DNA of 64,000 bases from the human T2T-CHM13v2.0 reference genome, Homo sapiens (GCF_009914755.1 NC_060928.1), one strand, 5' to 3'. Numbered from the stretch's first letter, positions 30,281 to 52,292 are shown. The notes: generated by a model not told the origin, from the letters alone. Translations and numbers: made by a program.

Positions 30281-30847
30281 AATTGGATTTTGTTTTGTCT
30301 TGTTTTGAAAGTGGCATGGAGCTACCCTGCCTCCAGAGAGGTATGATTCACCCACTTTGTCTCCCTTCAACTAGCTGGGGTGTGGCTCCAGAGGAAAAGA
30401 GAGGCTCAAGTGCCCATCTGAAGATGAACCCCAGGCCAATTGGAGGGGGTGGTTGGAGACAGCTTCTCTCTCTCTGCTGCCAAACATGGGGGCAGTTGAG
30501 GCTCTTCACTCATCACGTCTTGGATCCCACCATAGAGGGTTCAAGGCCAGTAGTAAAGGGGACATGCAAACCAGAACCAAGCACCAGTCCCGACAATATG
30601 TGGGGTGAAAAAGGCTTGGCTGGATATGCACATCAGGGAATCAGCTTGCTGGACTGGCCAAAATTAAATCCTCATGGGTCGCTTTGTAGCCAACAGTAAG
30701 TGGCTGATTGGTTGTGTGTGGCCCAGCATATATCCCTCCAGATTCAGAAATCCTACTGGATACAGAAGAGTTTTGAATCTTTTTTTATGCTACAGATCTC
30801 TTTAGAAGTCTAGGGAAGGCTTTATACTCCTTCTTGGAATAATTTTT

Positions 30848-31011
30848 CTGTTTTTTTTCCTTTTTTTGAGACAGGTTATTGCTCTGTTGCCCCAGCTGGA
30901 GTGCTATGGCACAAACAGTTCACTGCAGCCTTGACCTTCTGGGCACAAGTGATCCTCCTATCTCAGCCTCCTGAATAGCTGGGACTACAGACGTGTACCA
31001 CCATGCCTAGC
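30848..31011 (-). mobile_element. Alu right monomer (FRAM or truncated AluJ)
   Basis: Right-arm Alu sequence with poly-T; TGGAATAAT(G)TTTTT on both sides. Confidence 0.85.
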
Positions 31012-31239
31012 TGGAATAATGTTTTTTTTTTATTATTATACTTTAAGTTTTAGGGTACATGTGTACATTGTGCAGGTTAGTTACATATGTATACATGTGC
31101 CATGCTGGTGCGCTGTACCCACTAACGTGTCATCTAGCATTAGGTATATCTCCCAATGCTATCTCTCCCCCCTCCCCCGACCCCACCACAATCCCCAGAG
31201 TGTGATATTCCCCTTCCTGTGTCCATGTGATCTCATTGT

Positions 31240-35094
<3,855 letters not shown>

Positions 35095-35130
35095 TTAGTT
35101 GATGCAGTTTCTTCCTAGTCTCGATGGTCT

Positions 35131-36148
35131 TTACATTTTGGCATGATTTTGCAGCGGCTGGTACCAGTTGTTCCTTTCCATGTTTAGCGCTTCCTTCAGG
35201 AGCTCTTTTAGGGCAGGCCTGGTGGTGACAAAATCTCTCAGCATTTGCTTGTCTATAAAGTATTTTATTTCTCCTTCACTTATGAAGCTTAGTTTGGCTG
35301 GATATGAAATTCTGGGTTGAAAATTCTTTTCTTTAAGAATGTTGAATATTGGCCCCCACTCTCTTCTGGCTTGTAGGGTTTCTGCTGAGAGATCCGCTGT
35401 TAGTCTGATGGGCTTTCCTTTGAGGGTAACCCGACCTTTCTCTCTGGCTGCCCTTAACATTTTTTCCTTCATTTCAACTTTGGTGAATCTGACAATTATG
35501 TGTCTTGGAGTTGCTCTTCTCGAGGAGTATCTTTGTGGCGTTCTCTGTATTTCCTGAATCTGAACGTTGCCCTGCCTTGCTAGATTGGGGAAGTTCTCCT
35601 GGATAATATCCTGCAGAGTGTTTTCCAACTTGGTTCCCTTCTCCACATCACTTTCAGGTACACCAATCAGACGTAGATTTGGTCTTTTCACATAGTCCCA
35701 TATTTCTTGGAGGCTTTGCTCATTTCTTTTTATTCTTTTTTCTCTAAACTTCCCTTCTCGCTTCATTTCATTCATTTCATCTTCCATTGCTGATACCCTT
35801 TCTTCCAGTTGATCGCATCGGCTCCTGAGGCTTCTGCATTCTTCACGTAGTTCTCGAGCCTTGGGTTTTCAGCTCCATCAGCTCCTTTAAGCACTTCTCT
35901 GTATTGGTTATTCTAGTTATACATTCTTCTAAATATTTTTCAAAGTTTTCAACTTCTTTGCCTTTGGTTTGAATGTCCTTCCATAGCTCAGAGTAATTTG
36001 ATCGTCTGAAGCCTTCTTCTCTCAGCTCGTCAAAATCATTCTCCATCCAGCTTTGTTCCATTGCTGGTGAGGAACTGCGTTCCTTTGGAGGAGGAGAGGT
36101 GCTCTGCGTTTTAGAGTTTCCAGTTTTTCTGTTCTGTTTTTTCCCCAT
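35131..36148 (-). pseudogene. L1 ORF1 with a +1 frameshift
   Basis: Span 1018 nt versus 1017 expected; extra base in GGG at 35863-35865 splits MGKKQNRK... from ...NHAKM. Confidence 0.95.
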
Positions 36149-37053
36149 CTTTGTGGTTTTATCTACTTTTGGTCTTTGATGATGGTGATGTACAGATGGG
36201 TTTTCGGTGTAGATGTCCTTTCTGGTTGTTAGTTTTCCTTCTAACAGACAGGACCCTCAGCTGCAGGTCTGTTGGAATACCCTGCCGTGTGAGGTGTCAG
36301 TGTGCCCCTGCTGGGGGGTGCCTCCCAGTTAGGCTGCTCGGGGGTCAGGGGTCAGGGACCCACTTGAGGAGGCAGTCTGCCCGTTCTCAGATCTCCAGCT
36401 GCGTGCTGGGAGAACCACTGCTCTCTTCAAAGCTGTCAGACAGGGACACTTAAGTCTGCAGAGGTTACTGCTGTCTTTTTGTTTGTCTGTGCCCTGCCCC
36501 CAGAGGTGGAGCCTACAGAGGCAGGCAGGCCTCCTTGAGCTGTGGTGGGCTCCACCCAGTTCGAGCTTCCCAGCTGCTTTGTTTACCTAAGCAAGCCTGG
36601 GCAATGGTGGGCGCCCCTCCCCCAGCCTCGTTGCCGCCTTGCAGTTTGATCTCAGACTGCTGTGCTAGCAATCAGTGAGATTCCGTGGGCGTAGGACCCT
36701 CTGAGCCAGGTGTGGGATATAGTCTCGTGGTGCGCCGTTTTTTAAGCCGGTCTGAAAAGCGCAATATTCGGGTGGGAGTGACCCGATTTTCCAGGTGCGT
36801 CTGTCACCCCTTTCTTTGACTCGGAAAGGGAACTCCCTGACCCCTTGCGCTTCCCAGGTGAGGCAATGCCTTGCCCTGCTTCGGCTCGCGCACAGTGCAC
36901 GCACACACTGGCCTGCGCCCACTGTCTGGCACTCCCTAGTGAGATGAACCCGGTACCTCAGATGGAAATGCAGAAATCACCCGTCTTCTGCGTCGCTCAC
37001 GCTGGGAGCTGTAGACCGGAGCTGTTCCTATTCGGCCATCTTGGCTCCTCCCC
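36149..37053. promoter_or_regulatory. L1 5'UTR: CpG-rich sense and antisense promoters
   Basis: High CpG density; intact YY1 site CCAAGATGGCCG (37033-37044, -); antisense GT donors at 36710, 36795 and 36858. Confidence 0.85.
36604..36819 (+). pseudogene. L1 antisense ORF0 with premature stop at codon 25
   Basis: ATG at 36604 reads MVGAPPPASLPPCSLISDCCASNQ then TGA at 36676-36678; frame continues DSVGVGPSEPGVGYSLVVRRFL... to TGA 36817-36819 (71 codons). Confidence 0.85.
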
Positions 37054-37345
37054 GGAATAATGTTTTTAAATGCATAAAATAGAAGTACATAGAACTAAAT
37101 AGGAAACCAATTATATTGGCATAAAGTTATCAAAATATTTAAAAAACAAATGTGTTTTCATAATATGTCTTTTTTATTGTGTTAAATGACAAGATCTAGT
37201 GACAGTTCTAAAAACTATCGCAACTTTGAAGTAGTGATGAATGTAAATTGAGAAAGTTGAAAAATCTCCCATGATATGAAAATAATAGTTTTTCATATTT
37301 TGACAGTCACAGAAACTGCTTATAGAAAGTACTAGAGTTTTGTTT

Positions 37346-37417
37346 TTTCCCATAATTCTAAATGTAAATTCACATTTAGAATTCTAAATATGAATTCACA
37401 TTTAGAATTATGGGAAA
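37346..37417. repeat. 72-bp near-perfect palindrome of nested palindromic units
   Basis: Centred on GAATTC (37379-37384); two mismatched pairs. Confidence 0.9.
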
Positions 37418-37518
37418 TGCTAAAGCTTAGAGATTAATAAAAATAAAGATGTAATTTTTTCTCCATCCAAGTCCATGGACCTCCTTAAACCCAGGGCAAG
37501 ATCCTTTGGTAATGAAAT

Positions 37519-37715
37519 CAGTGGTTCTCATCCCCCAGGGGACATTTGGCAATGTTCTAGAGACATTTTTGGTTGTTTCTCCTGGGGGAGGGGTATTGGC
37601 ATCTAATGGGTAAAGGCCAAAGATGCTACTAAATATCCTCCAACACACAGCACGTCCTCCTACAACAAACAATTATCCAGCCCAAAATGTGAACTGTGCT
37701 GAGATCCAAGAACAC
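37519..37715 (-). mobile_element. MER20-like MITE
   Basis: CAGTGGTTCTCA...GGGACATTTGGCAATGTTCTAGAGACATTTTTGGTTG...AATTATCCAGCCCAAAATGT. Confidence 0.7.
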
Positions 37716-38280
37716 TTGGATCTGGAGAAACTAGAGTCTGAATGAAGAAGATTCTCCAAAGAGAGCTGAGAAACTGACCTTGCACATACCACACACCCTG
37801 TCGTTAGGAAACCTGAAAAGCATATTGCCCCTACTTGCACCCTCAGTGTTGCTAGTGTCTACAAGATGTTCCCATGGTAACACAATTCAAGGCAGACACA
37901 GGAAAGAGCACAAGTACAATATGGGTAAAGGAACTGCGTATGTTTTTAAGAGAAAAGCAACTCACTGATAAAAAGACATTTCATTTGGTTTTGAAAGTTT
38001 GGAAGTTCATCAAAAAGTAAGTAATAAAGCCTCTCCTTCCCCACTCTCATGCCAGGAAAAAAAGGCAGGATTGTGATTCACAAGGTTTGTGCTTCTTATA
38101 ACACCTAAGTTCCCCAGAATGAAAATAGTGTTTGAGACTTAGATCCAGTGAAGACAATCTGGATATCATTTTGTGACATCCAGAGTGGGTTGAGGGTGGT
38201 GCTTAAAGATGAAACAGAAATGTGCTGATCTGGAGGCGAGAGGCTGGCTTTCCTGAGACTGGCAGCTAATATGAGGGATG

Positions 38281-38658
38281 GTAACAGATTCCCCTCTTGA
38301 TCAAATTTTAGTTAACGTTTCTACGAGCCCTCTTCTTATCTAGGCCTTATCTTAGGTCCATCCTTGGCCTGGCTTTAGCAAGAATCCTGCTAACTCAGTT
38401 TAGCAAGAAGTCCCCAGCCCTTGTTATCTGATCAAATTCCTCATCCTTGATATCTTAATATCTTAGTCCTTGACCTGCCTTTAGTTAGAATCTTGTTAAG
38501 CCAGTTTAGCAAAAATCCCTCTACTATTTCATATCTACTGTCCCCAGCTGTCTTTGCTGTAGTCAGAGCTGAGTTCAGTCTCTCTCTACTATTTGAAATA
38601 CTCTCAAATAAAGTCTCCCATATCATTTTAACAAGTGTCAAAATAATTTTGTTTCAAG
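38281..38658 (+). mobile_element. Old ERV1-type LTR (MER31/MER67-like)
   Basis: Repeated CAGTTTAGCAAGAATCC motifs and AATAAAGTC near the 3' end; family from recall only. Confidence 0.5.
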
Positions 38659-38885
38659 AGTCAAGGCCCAAGCTCCACAGCACCGAGAATGGGAAAGTGG
38701 TCCCAGAATGTGTGAGAGGCTGAGCACTAAGGGATATGGCTTTCTAGAGAGCAGTGGCTAGGACCTGGGGACTGAGCCCATGATCAGCAGGGAGGACTCC
38801 TGTGAGGGGGATCTCTATGCCTGACAGAAGCAGAGGACCAGCAGCAGCTCATCCTGAAAGGGAAAGAACAATAGAACTCACAGGG

Positions 38886-42624
<3,739 letters not shown>

Positions 42625-42900
42625 TAGTTAAAAATTGGAAACAACTCAAATATCCATTGAAATTAGAATAGATAAATATGTAAAATAGTTGTACAATTCA
42701 AGACAATGCAGAAATGGGAATAAATGAAATACAACTACATACAACATAGGTGGATCAAACAAACATATCATAAAATTCCATTTATAGAAGGTTTAAAAAT
42801 AACCCATACAAATCCAAGGTGTTGGAACTCAGGATATTAATTACTCTTGGGTTAGTGACTTAAATAGGGAATGAGAATGGCTTCTGGAATTCTAGAATGT

Positions 42901-43249
<349 letters not shown>

Positions 43250-44160
43250 AGAATGTATCATTTCTTGATCTGAGTCTGGTTACAGAGATGTATTCACTTT
43301 GCCAATATCAATGATGTTACATACTCATGATTTGTGTACTTTTCTTTATGTATGTGTGAGCAAAGAGTTAATAGCAGGTCTGTACCATTTTTCTCCCAGA
43401 ACTATGCCTGCTTGGGAAATTTTAGGTTTGTCTTATCCCAGCACGAGTTTCTTGTAAATGACCCAAATTAAGATAAATTTGGAATATTGGGTACCAGGGA
43501 CAGACATCCATTTTGTGCACTGTGAAACCTACAATCTATGGGACAGTACATGGGGCTGGGAGACCTGTGAACCGTAGGCCTATATGACTGGTGGGAAACC
43601 CACATAGAAGCTTCTTTGCATCAAGGCAAACCCCCACATACCACAACCTCATCCAAATACCACAAGCTCATGCACGCTCTTTAGGCAGGTGAGGAGGGAC
43701 CCAAGCATCATGCATGCTTAATTTCCTGTCCTGTATCCTACTATAAAGCTAAGCAAATTTAGTGCTAGGCTAAATGCTATTGTATCTCATCAGTTTGCTT
43801 GCCAGTCCAAACATGTTCCCAATACCATGGTGGTACCATGTATTGCACTTCAATAAAAAGTTTACTAAATTCCTTTATCTATTCTTGCCAAAAGGTTATT
43901 TTCACTGATTATATATTCCTCTTGGCCTCCAAATTCCTTCCATTTTTCTGAGCCTCCTCGCTGTCTGTTGACCTCCTATATTCTCCTTTTTAGGACTCTA
44001 CAATTGACCCCTAAACCTCCTATTCATTTTTTTATGCAGAGCTGTTTAAATATTGCACTATCTCACCTCAAATGACCCAGAGAACCCTCATATCAATAAC
44101 TAATATTAAGATTGGTTGCAAAACATAGTTCCTTTCCAGGAGAACTTGTATAACTATCTC

Positions 44161-44450
44161 TTTTTTTTTTGACAGAGTCTCACTCTGTCACCCAGGATAG
44201 AGGGCAGTAGCACAGTCTCAGCTCACCGCAACTTCCACCTCCTGGGTTCAAGCAATTCTCCTGCCTCAGCCTCCCGAGTAGCTGGGATTACAGGCACGTG
44301 CCACCACGCCTGGCTAACTTTTCGTATTTTTAGTAGAGACAGGGTTTCACCATGTTGGCCAGGCTGATCTCTAACTCCTGACCTCAGATGATCCACCCGC
44401 CTCGGCCTCCCAAAGTGCTGGATTACAGGCATGAGCCATTGTGCCTGGCT
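44161..44450 (-). mobile_element. AluS
   Basis: Alu body; TSD ACTATCTCTT/ACTACCTCTT. Confidence 0.9.
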
Positions 44451-45115
44451 GACTACCTCTTAAGGAAACTTTTTTGTTTAGTTAGACAAAGAATGGTAAA
44501 TCTCTTTCCACGCACATTCAAAATTCACACATTATCTGGACTCTTAGTTACCTAGGACATACCCCCAGTTATTCTTGTACCTAATTTGGTACCTCAAATT
44601 TTCCCGAGGTGTTAAAACAAAAGGAATAGAGCTTGCCTAGCACCTTAGAAGTGCTGCACCCTCTTAGAAGTGCCAGGCACTGTCATAGTTGTTGCCCTCT
44701 TAGAATGATTTGCCTCTGGGTGTCACTCTTTGCTCTGTACCTGGTACAACTATAGTGATGGCAGATGCTCCATACTCAGTCCTAGCTTTTCAGTGTTTGG
44801 CTTTGCTGGGTTTTTTCTTTCTTTCTTTTTGAGAGAAATGGGGACTTCCAAGCTGAGTAAAACCTGGAAAGGGCAACTTACTGCAGCCATATATTGATAC
44901 TACATTATTTCCTATGTCATAACATTAACCTCCCTTCCATCTGCTTTTGCTGTTTAGTAGTCTCATGTCTTCTTGAGCTAGACTATCTTATGTAAATTCA
45001 TGTTATGTGAATTGAGGTCTCAGTAATAACAGCCTTCTGTCTTTCCTCACCGTAACAGGAGTCATAGGAAAGGGGGTGTGATAGTCTCAGAAACAGCCTA
45101 GCATCTCATACAAAC

Positions 45116-45416
<301 letters not shown>

Positions 45417-45459
45417 TGAGACCACTACTTGAACTATCAAGTCTCCTCTTGTAACTGAT

Positions 45460-46702
45460 TCTCATTAGAAATAATACACATTTATTGAATGTCATTGATA
45501 TATAAAGATACCATTCTTTGAGTGGGGGAAATATAATTTAAAAGTCGCAACTACTGACAATCAACAAATAAACTCTAATGAGAATCATAAAGCTTGTTCC
45601 CAGAGAACCATGATACAGGGTGGGACAGTACGCAAATAATGGGCTCCTGTTGTCAGACTTCATGGTGATTACACTTGTGCTTTCTCCAGTATCTTTCTTC
45701 CTATTGTACTCCTGAAGCACTCAGAATGATAAAGATAAATTTCTGATCATTCCTACAAAGAGTGCAGGCAAAGTTAAGATTTAACTGTGATTGCTGGTTG
45801 TTTCATCTCGAATTCAAAATCCTGGATTTCCGAAACAATGGAGCTTGATGTCACATTTGGCTATCTTGCTTTTGTCTCCTCTTCTGGAAAGAACAAATCA
45901 TCTTCCTGAAAATTACAGGAGACACTTAGTATGACAAAATAAGGCCTCTGAAACTGTCCAATCTCACATGTAAAAAGTGTAAAATCACAGAACTAAAATC
46001 AGGTTCCGGATTTTCCTGGAAATAGAATGTCACCGGGATCTGTTCAAAGGTGAGCTTTGGCTACATTTTATAACAGTGTTTAAAACTCGAATGCAAAAAA
46101 CTGCTTTCAATATAATCAGATATGTGCAAAAACAATTTGTTAAATAACATGGGAAGATTATATTAACAAAAGACATTTCCAGAATACTAACATTCATGTG
46201 ATTTATAAAGGTGCATTTTCTGTAAAGAGCTATACAGCCCAAAAACATGAAATTCTTCAAGGGAGTCCCCTTTATCCCATGAGTTGGAAGAATTTATTTT
46301 CATATTCTATGCATGGATCACTGAAGTGATGAATGACACTCGTCTTCAAGAAGGAAGCACTCTCAGCCTTGTGAAGAAGAACCTCAAGGGTTCCTGGGGC
46401 TATGATCATGAAGAGCACCACAATGAAGACTGCTGCGAAGTCTTTTTCACTTCTTCACATTTGGGATGTGAAATATTTTACAGAAAAATAAGAGTGTGCA
46501 AATCCCTCTCACACATAGAAAAACGATTGTGTGAATATTCTTAAATTTTTAAAACTTTTAAAAACTGTGATCTTTGCACTGTTTTCAAGAGTCAGCAACT
46601 CTGAAGAAAGATATTCACCATAAGTGACCCCATATGGTGAAGATATTCACAATAAATGACAGTTTTGCAAGATGACTCTTTGGGTTGGCATTCTGTTTCC
46701 GG
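45460..46702 (-). other. TXK: TXK 3'UTR (~1.24 kb)
   Basis: Between the stop codon and minus-strand AATAAA at 45481-45486; a proximal AATAAA lies at 46293-46298. Confidence 0.75.
45481..45486 (-). terminator. Candidate TXK polyadenylation signal
   Basis: TTTATT on + is AATAAA on -. Confidence 0.7.
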
Positions 46703-46771
46703 TCACCAGGTTTCCGCAATCTCTGTGACAGCCCGCAGCAGCTCGGCAAATGTAGGGCGGCCTTCAGGTTT
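46703..46771 (-). CDS. TXK: TXK terminal coding exon
   Basis: CTAAC branch point and CCCTTTTCCAG acceptor; encodes KPEGRPTFAELLRAVTEIAETW then stop (kinase subdomain XI RPTF). Confidence 0.96.
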   Translation of the reverse strand, partial: KPEGRPTFAELLRAVTEIAETW

Positions 46772-46808
46772 CTGGAAAAGGGAAGTGGGGGTGGTTAGCT
46801 CAGCTTAA

Positions 46809-46948
46809 CCAACTTATGCCAAGGGTTCCATTTTTGGAACGCTAAGCATGTGGGAGTCACTTATATCCCACTGCTCGAGGTCATCGCCAAGGTCTGATTT
46901 TTCACTCATGCAAAAATTCAAAAAATTGCCACCTGCGGCATAAATAGG
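46809..46948 (+). mobile_element. MER85 piggyBac-derived MITE (140 bp)
   Basis: TTAA at 46805-46808, TIR CCAACTTATGCC, internal palindrome GTTCCATTTTTGGAAC (46825-46840), 3' TIR GGCATAAATAGG, CTAA at 46949-46952. Confidence 0.88.
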
Positions 46949-47134
46949 CTAAGGATCACTCAGAGACCAGCTCTGGAACTTGCTGGCAGAGACCTGAATC
47001 CAGGCTGGCTCTTCACAAAAAGGAAGAGAAAGATATCTTGACTGACTGACATAGCACAGCATGATTGGCAGTTGAGTGAGGCGTGAATATGAAAATGTTA
47101 GAGAATGTTGCAAAAATAAAACGGCTAGACCTGC

Positions 47135-47320
47135 AAACACTAGCCACATGTGGCTATTTAAATTTAAATTCCTTAAGATTATATAAATGTTTAAATTCAG
47201 TTACTCAGTCGTGCTAGCCACTTTTCAAGAACCCAATAGCCAGAAGTGGCTGCCATATTGGGCAGCACAGATATAGAACGTTTCAGCATCTCAGAAAGTA
47301 CTCTAGGACACCACGACCCT
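47135..47320. mobile_element. MER3-like hAT MITE
   Basis: CACTAGCCACATGTGGCTATTTAAATTTAAATT...GTGGCTGCCATATTGGGCAGCACAGATATAGAAC. Confidence 0.65.
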
Positions 47321-48103
47321 AGAGATATATTTGAATGACTTGACATGTGTGAGGTAAAGAAAGGGCTGGGAGAAGGGGCATCTAGCATACCAGGCTCCCA
47401 AGCTCAGTTCAGGGTATCTATGACACCTGAGCCATTATAGAAAGGAGGATTTCAGTCAGAAAGCAAAAGGCATGTTTTCATGAGGGACTTTGAAGGTCTT
47501 GGGGCACAGGTTGTGCTTTCAGTCTCAGTCAACAGAAAAATAAGAGTGTGGAAGTCCCTCTCACACATAGAAAAATGATTGCTGAATATTCTTACATTTT
47601 AAAAAGTTTTAAAAGCCTGTGATCTTTGCACAGTTTTTGAGTCAGCAACTCTAAAGGAAGATATTCACCATAAGTGACCCCATATCCCTGGTCATGGAGC
47701 CAAGGATTGGAGCATTTTTTCCTACTTCACTTAGGGGTGTGGTTTAGCTCTGATTCCAAGAGGAAGAAGAGATGGCACTGTCAGCATCTTTTAAAACCAT
47801 GGGAAACAGAGCTACTCATAGTAGCCACATTCTCACAGGGGTCATTGACAGTAGGGTCAGCGGAAAGACACCCCTCTTCATGGCTTATAAACAGAGAGCA
47901 TCAATAAAATAAACAGAGCAGAAGACAGCACAAGTGCAAGTGAGGGTCCTTATTGAGACTCTGGGCATAAATTGTGGAGCTCTGTGAGGAGCCTGTTTCT
48001 GTGCATGAATCCTGAAATTTGTCTCTCAAAGATAGCATAATCACGTTTGACTCTAATGCCCTAAGCACATGGGGTAAAGCTGTAGGCAATATCAACTTTT
48101 GCA

Positions 48104-48836
<733 letters not shown>

Positions 48837-49495
48837 TCAGTTCCACTTACATATAACATCTCAATAAGCATTATATTACACACACACGTGTGTATTATTT
48901 CATACACAACATATACTTCTGAGCTACTTACATTGTTATTGCAAAGATGCTCCTAAAACGGCTGCTTATTACTACTCACTGAACATTTTTCTGAACATTT
49001 TTTTCTTACAGCTTGCTGAGCATTTTTCTATGTCTTTCAAGATTCCTTGTAAAGTAGTTAATATATGTAAAATATTTTCATACATTGGGGCTCTCTATAA
49101 ATGTAATGCTTTTGGAATATGAATAACCACATCACTCTTAAAATATTCAATATTCTAGTGTTTGTGGATTGATAATCAAGTGCTTTATTTTTTCAGCCAG
49201 GAGGAAACTTCTCATCAAGCTGCAATTTCCAGCTGAAACTGTCAGCTGGAAAGAGAGCAAAGCTCTCAAAATCAAAGGGAATTTCACTGAGAAGGGCAGG
49301 GGTGTGTTGAGTCAGTGCCCAGAGGTGGAAAAGAAGCCCCTCTGGCTTTATTTCTAAGCTTGGCATTTCAACAAATAGAAAAACTAAGTTCTGGAGAGAT
49401 TTCTTCCTGAGTGGAAGTTCCTGACACACTTTCTGCCTCCATTCCTATTCTAGTTTAATCTGTAGCAGGAGTCCTGACTGCCAGAAGACAGATGA

Positions 49496-50266
<771 letters not shown>

Positions 50267-50584
50267 CCATTAATTCTTAAAGCTAATAAAACATCTAATC
50301 ACTGAGGCTTGAGTAACACCAAGAGTTTCTGCAAGAACCAATCTCAAACAGATAAGACTCAGAAAATGCACTGAATTCCTCAGATAAAAGGCCATTGTTC
50401 AAAACAAAATGGATTCATGACTTTGTAGTGAGTTTGAGATAGTACTTCAGACTCTCAGGATCATGACCAAGACACAGATGCCTTTTCCTGCCATGACAGA
50501 GTTCTGAAGTAATGTTTGTGATAATCAGGTCTGCTCTCAGATGCTGGGACTTCCAACCTTCATAGGAAAGTAACATATGCTTAC

Positions 50585-50742
50585 CTCATGCCAGCAGCTG
50601 TACATGACTTCATATATGGACATTGGTGCCAGGTGAGGGCGATATAGCCTGAAGCCTTCAGAAATAGCTTCCACGACTTGCAAATTTGACTTATTTTCAA
50701 AAGGCATTTTTCCTTCTGTAAAAACTTCCCACATTAAAACTC
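50585..50742 (-). CDS. TXK: TXK penultimate exon (exon 14)
   Basis: TTTGCAG acceptor, GTAAGC donor; encodes [15 protein letters not shown]...[11 protein letters not shown] (subdomains IX-XI). Confidence 0.97.
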
Positions 50743-51019
50743 CTGCAAACAAAAATGCAGGAAAACAAGGGGTTAGAGAGAAATGATTGCTTGGGAACTG
50801 AAAGAACAATTTCAAACTACAAGGCATTATTTTTGTGCTCCAGGCTTTGGGCTATAACCATCCTGAATAACAGCGGTTCTGTCAAGGAAGCAAATCATGT
50901 TCACTTTAGTTTTCAAAGAGGCCTGTAACCTGAAAATAATCTAAGTGAAAACAATGCCTTTCCTTGTCCATGGGTCTTGATTGCCTCTCCTATCAGGAGA
51001 AAATGCCAGTAGCATTTTC

Positions 51020-51440
<421 letters not shown>

Positions 51441-51994
51441 TAGAAACTGACAGGATTATGTGAGCCTCTGCTGCCTACTTAGCCAAGAGTTTCAGCCAGT
51501 AAATGGCATGTGTCCCCTTCTTTCTGCTAAAAGATTAGACTGATGGGCAGAGCCCCAGAATATCTAGCAGGGGCTCTGTACATAAGTAGATGTCCAATAA
51601 TCATTGATTGATTGATTAGTGAAACTCCTGCAAGAACTCCTAATTTGAGTTCATTTAATTATTCACTTATTCTACAAATATTTACTAGACATTGATGAGA
51701 GGCGAGGCCTCTGCTGGGGCCTGGAGATTTTATAAGTGTGAGATCAATCCATGTGCCTAAGGAGCTCACTGTTCAGTGAGGGAGACAAGTAGGTAAAATT
51801 CAGGGAGTTCTAATTGTTTGGCAACCTTCGATGAGGTCGTTATATTGCTCTTCATTGGTCTCTAAGATGTGGTCTCACAACCTAATTGCTCTTCAGTAGA
51901 GCTTCAAGTGTCACCTGCTGAGACTATCATATGTCCATGGAGAGCTAATGAGATTAATGACACAAGCTTAACTTTATTGTATGTTTTTAAATTT

Positions 51995-52292
51995 ATGTTT
52001 TAATTTTTTTGAGGCAGGGTCTTGCTCTGTCATCCAGGCTGGAGTACAGTGGCACGATCCTAGCTTACTATAACCTCAAACTCCTGGGCTCAAGCAATCC
52101 TCCTGCCTCAGCCTCCCGAGGAACTGGGACTACAGGTATATGCCACCACACCTGGCTAATTTTTTTTTTTTTTTTTGTAAAGACAGAGTCTTGCTAGGTT
52201 GCCCAGGCTAGTCTTGAACTCCTGGTCTCAAACAATCCTCCCACTTCAGCCTCCCAAAGTGCTGGAATTGTAGGCCTGAGCCACTGTGCCCA
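51995..52292 (-). mobile_element. AluJ
   Basis: Alu body; TSD TTAACTTTATTGTA/TTAACCTTATTGTA. Confidence 0.9.

Larger units (their letters stand above)
46480..47685. repeat. Direct repeat of ~155 bp (46480-46635 and 47532-47685)
   Basis: ACAGAAAAATAAGAGTGTG...TCCCTCTCACACATAGAAAAA...GTCAGCAACTCT...GATATTCACCATAAGTGACCCCATAT in both copies. Confidence 0.92.

Noticed and set aside
36845-37060. 71-aa + strand ORF as L1 ORF0
   Set aside because: The length is coincidental; ORF0 lies at 36604-36819 and is interrupted, and this ORF starts at TTG
47255-47285. U6 snRNA-like GGCAGCACAGATATA
   Set aside because: Short match inside a MER3-like element with no further U6 sequence
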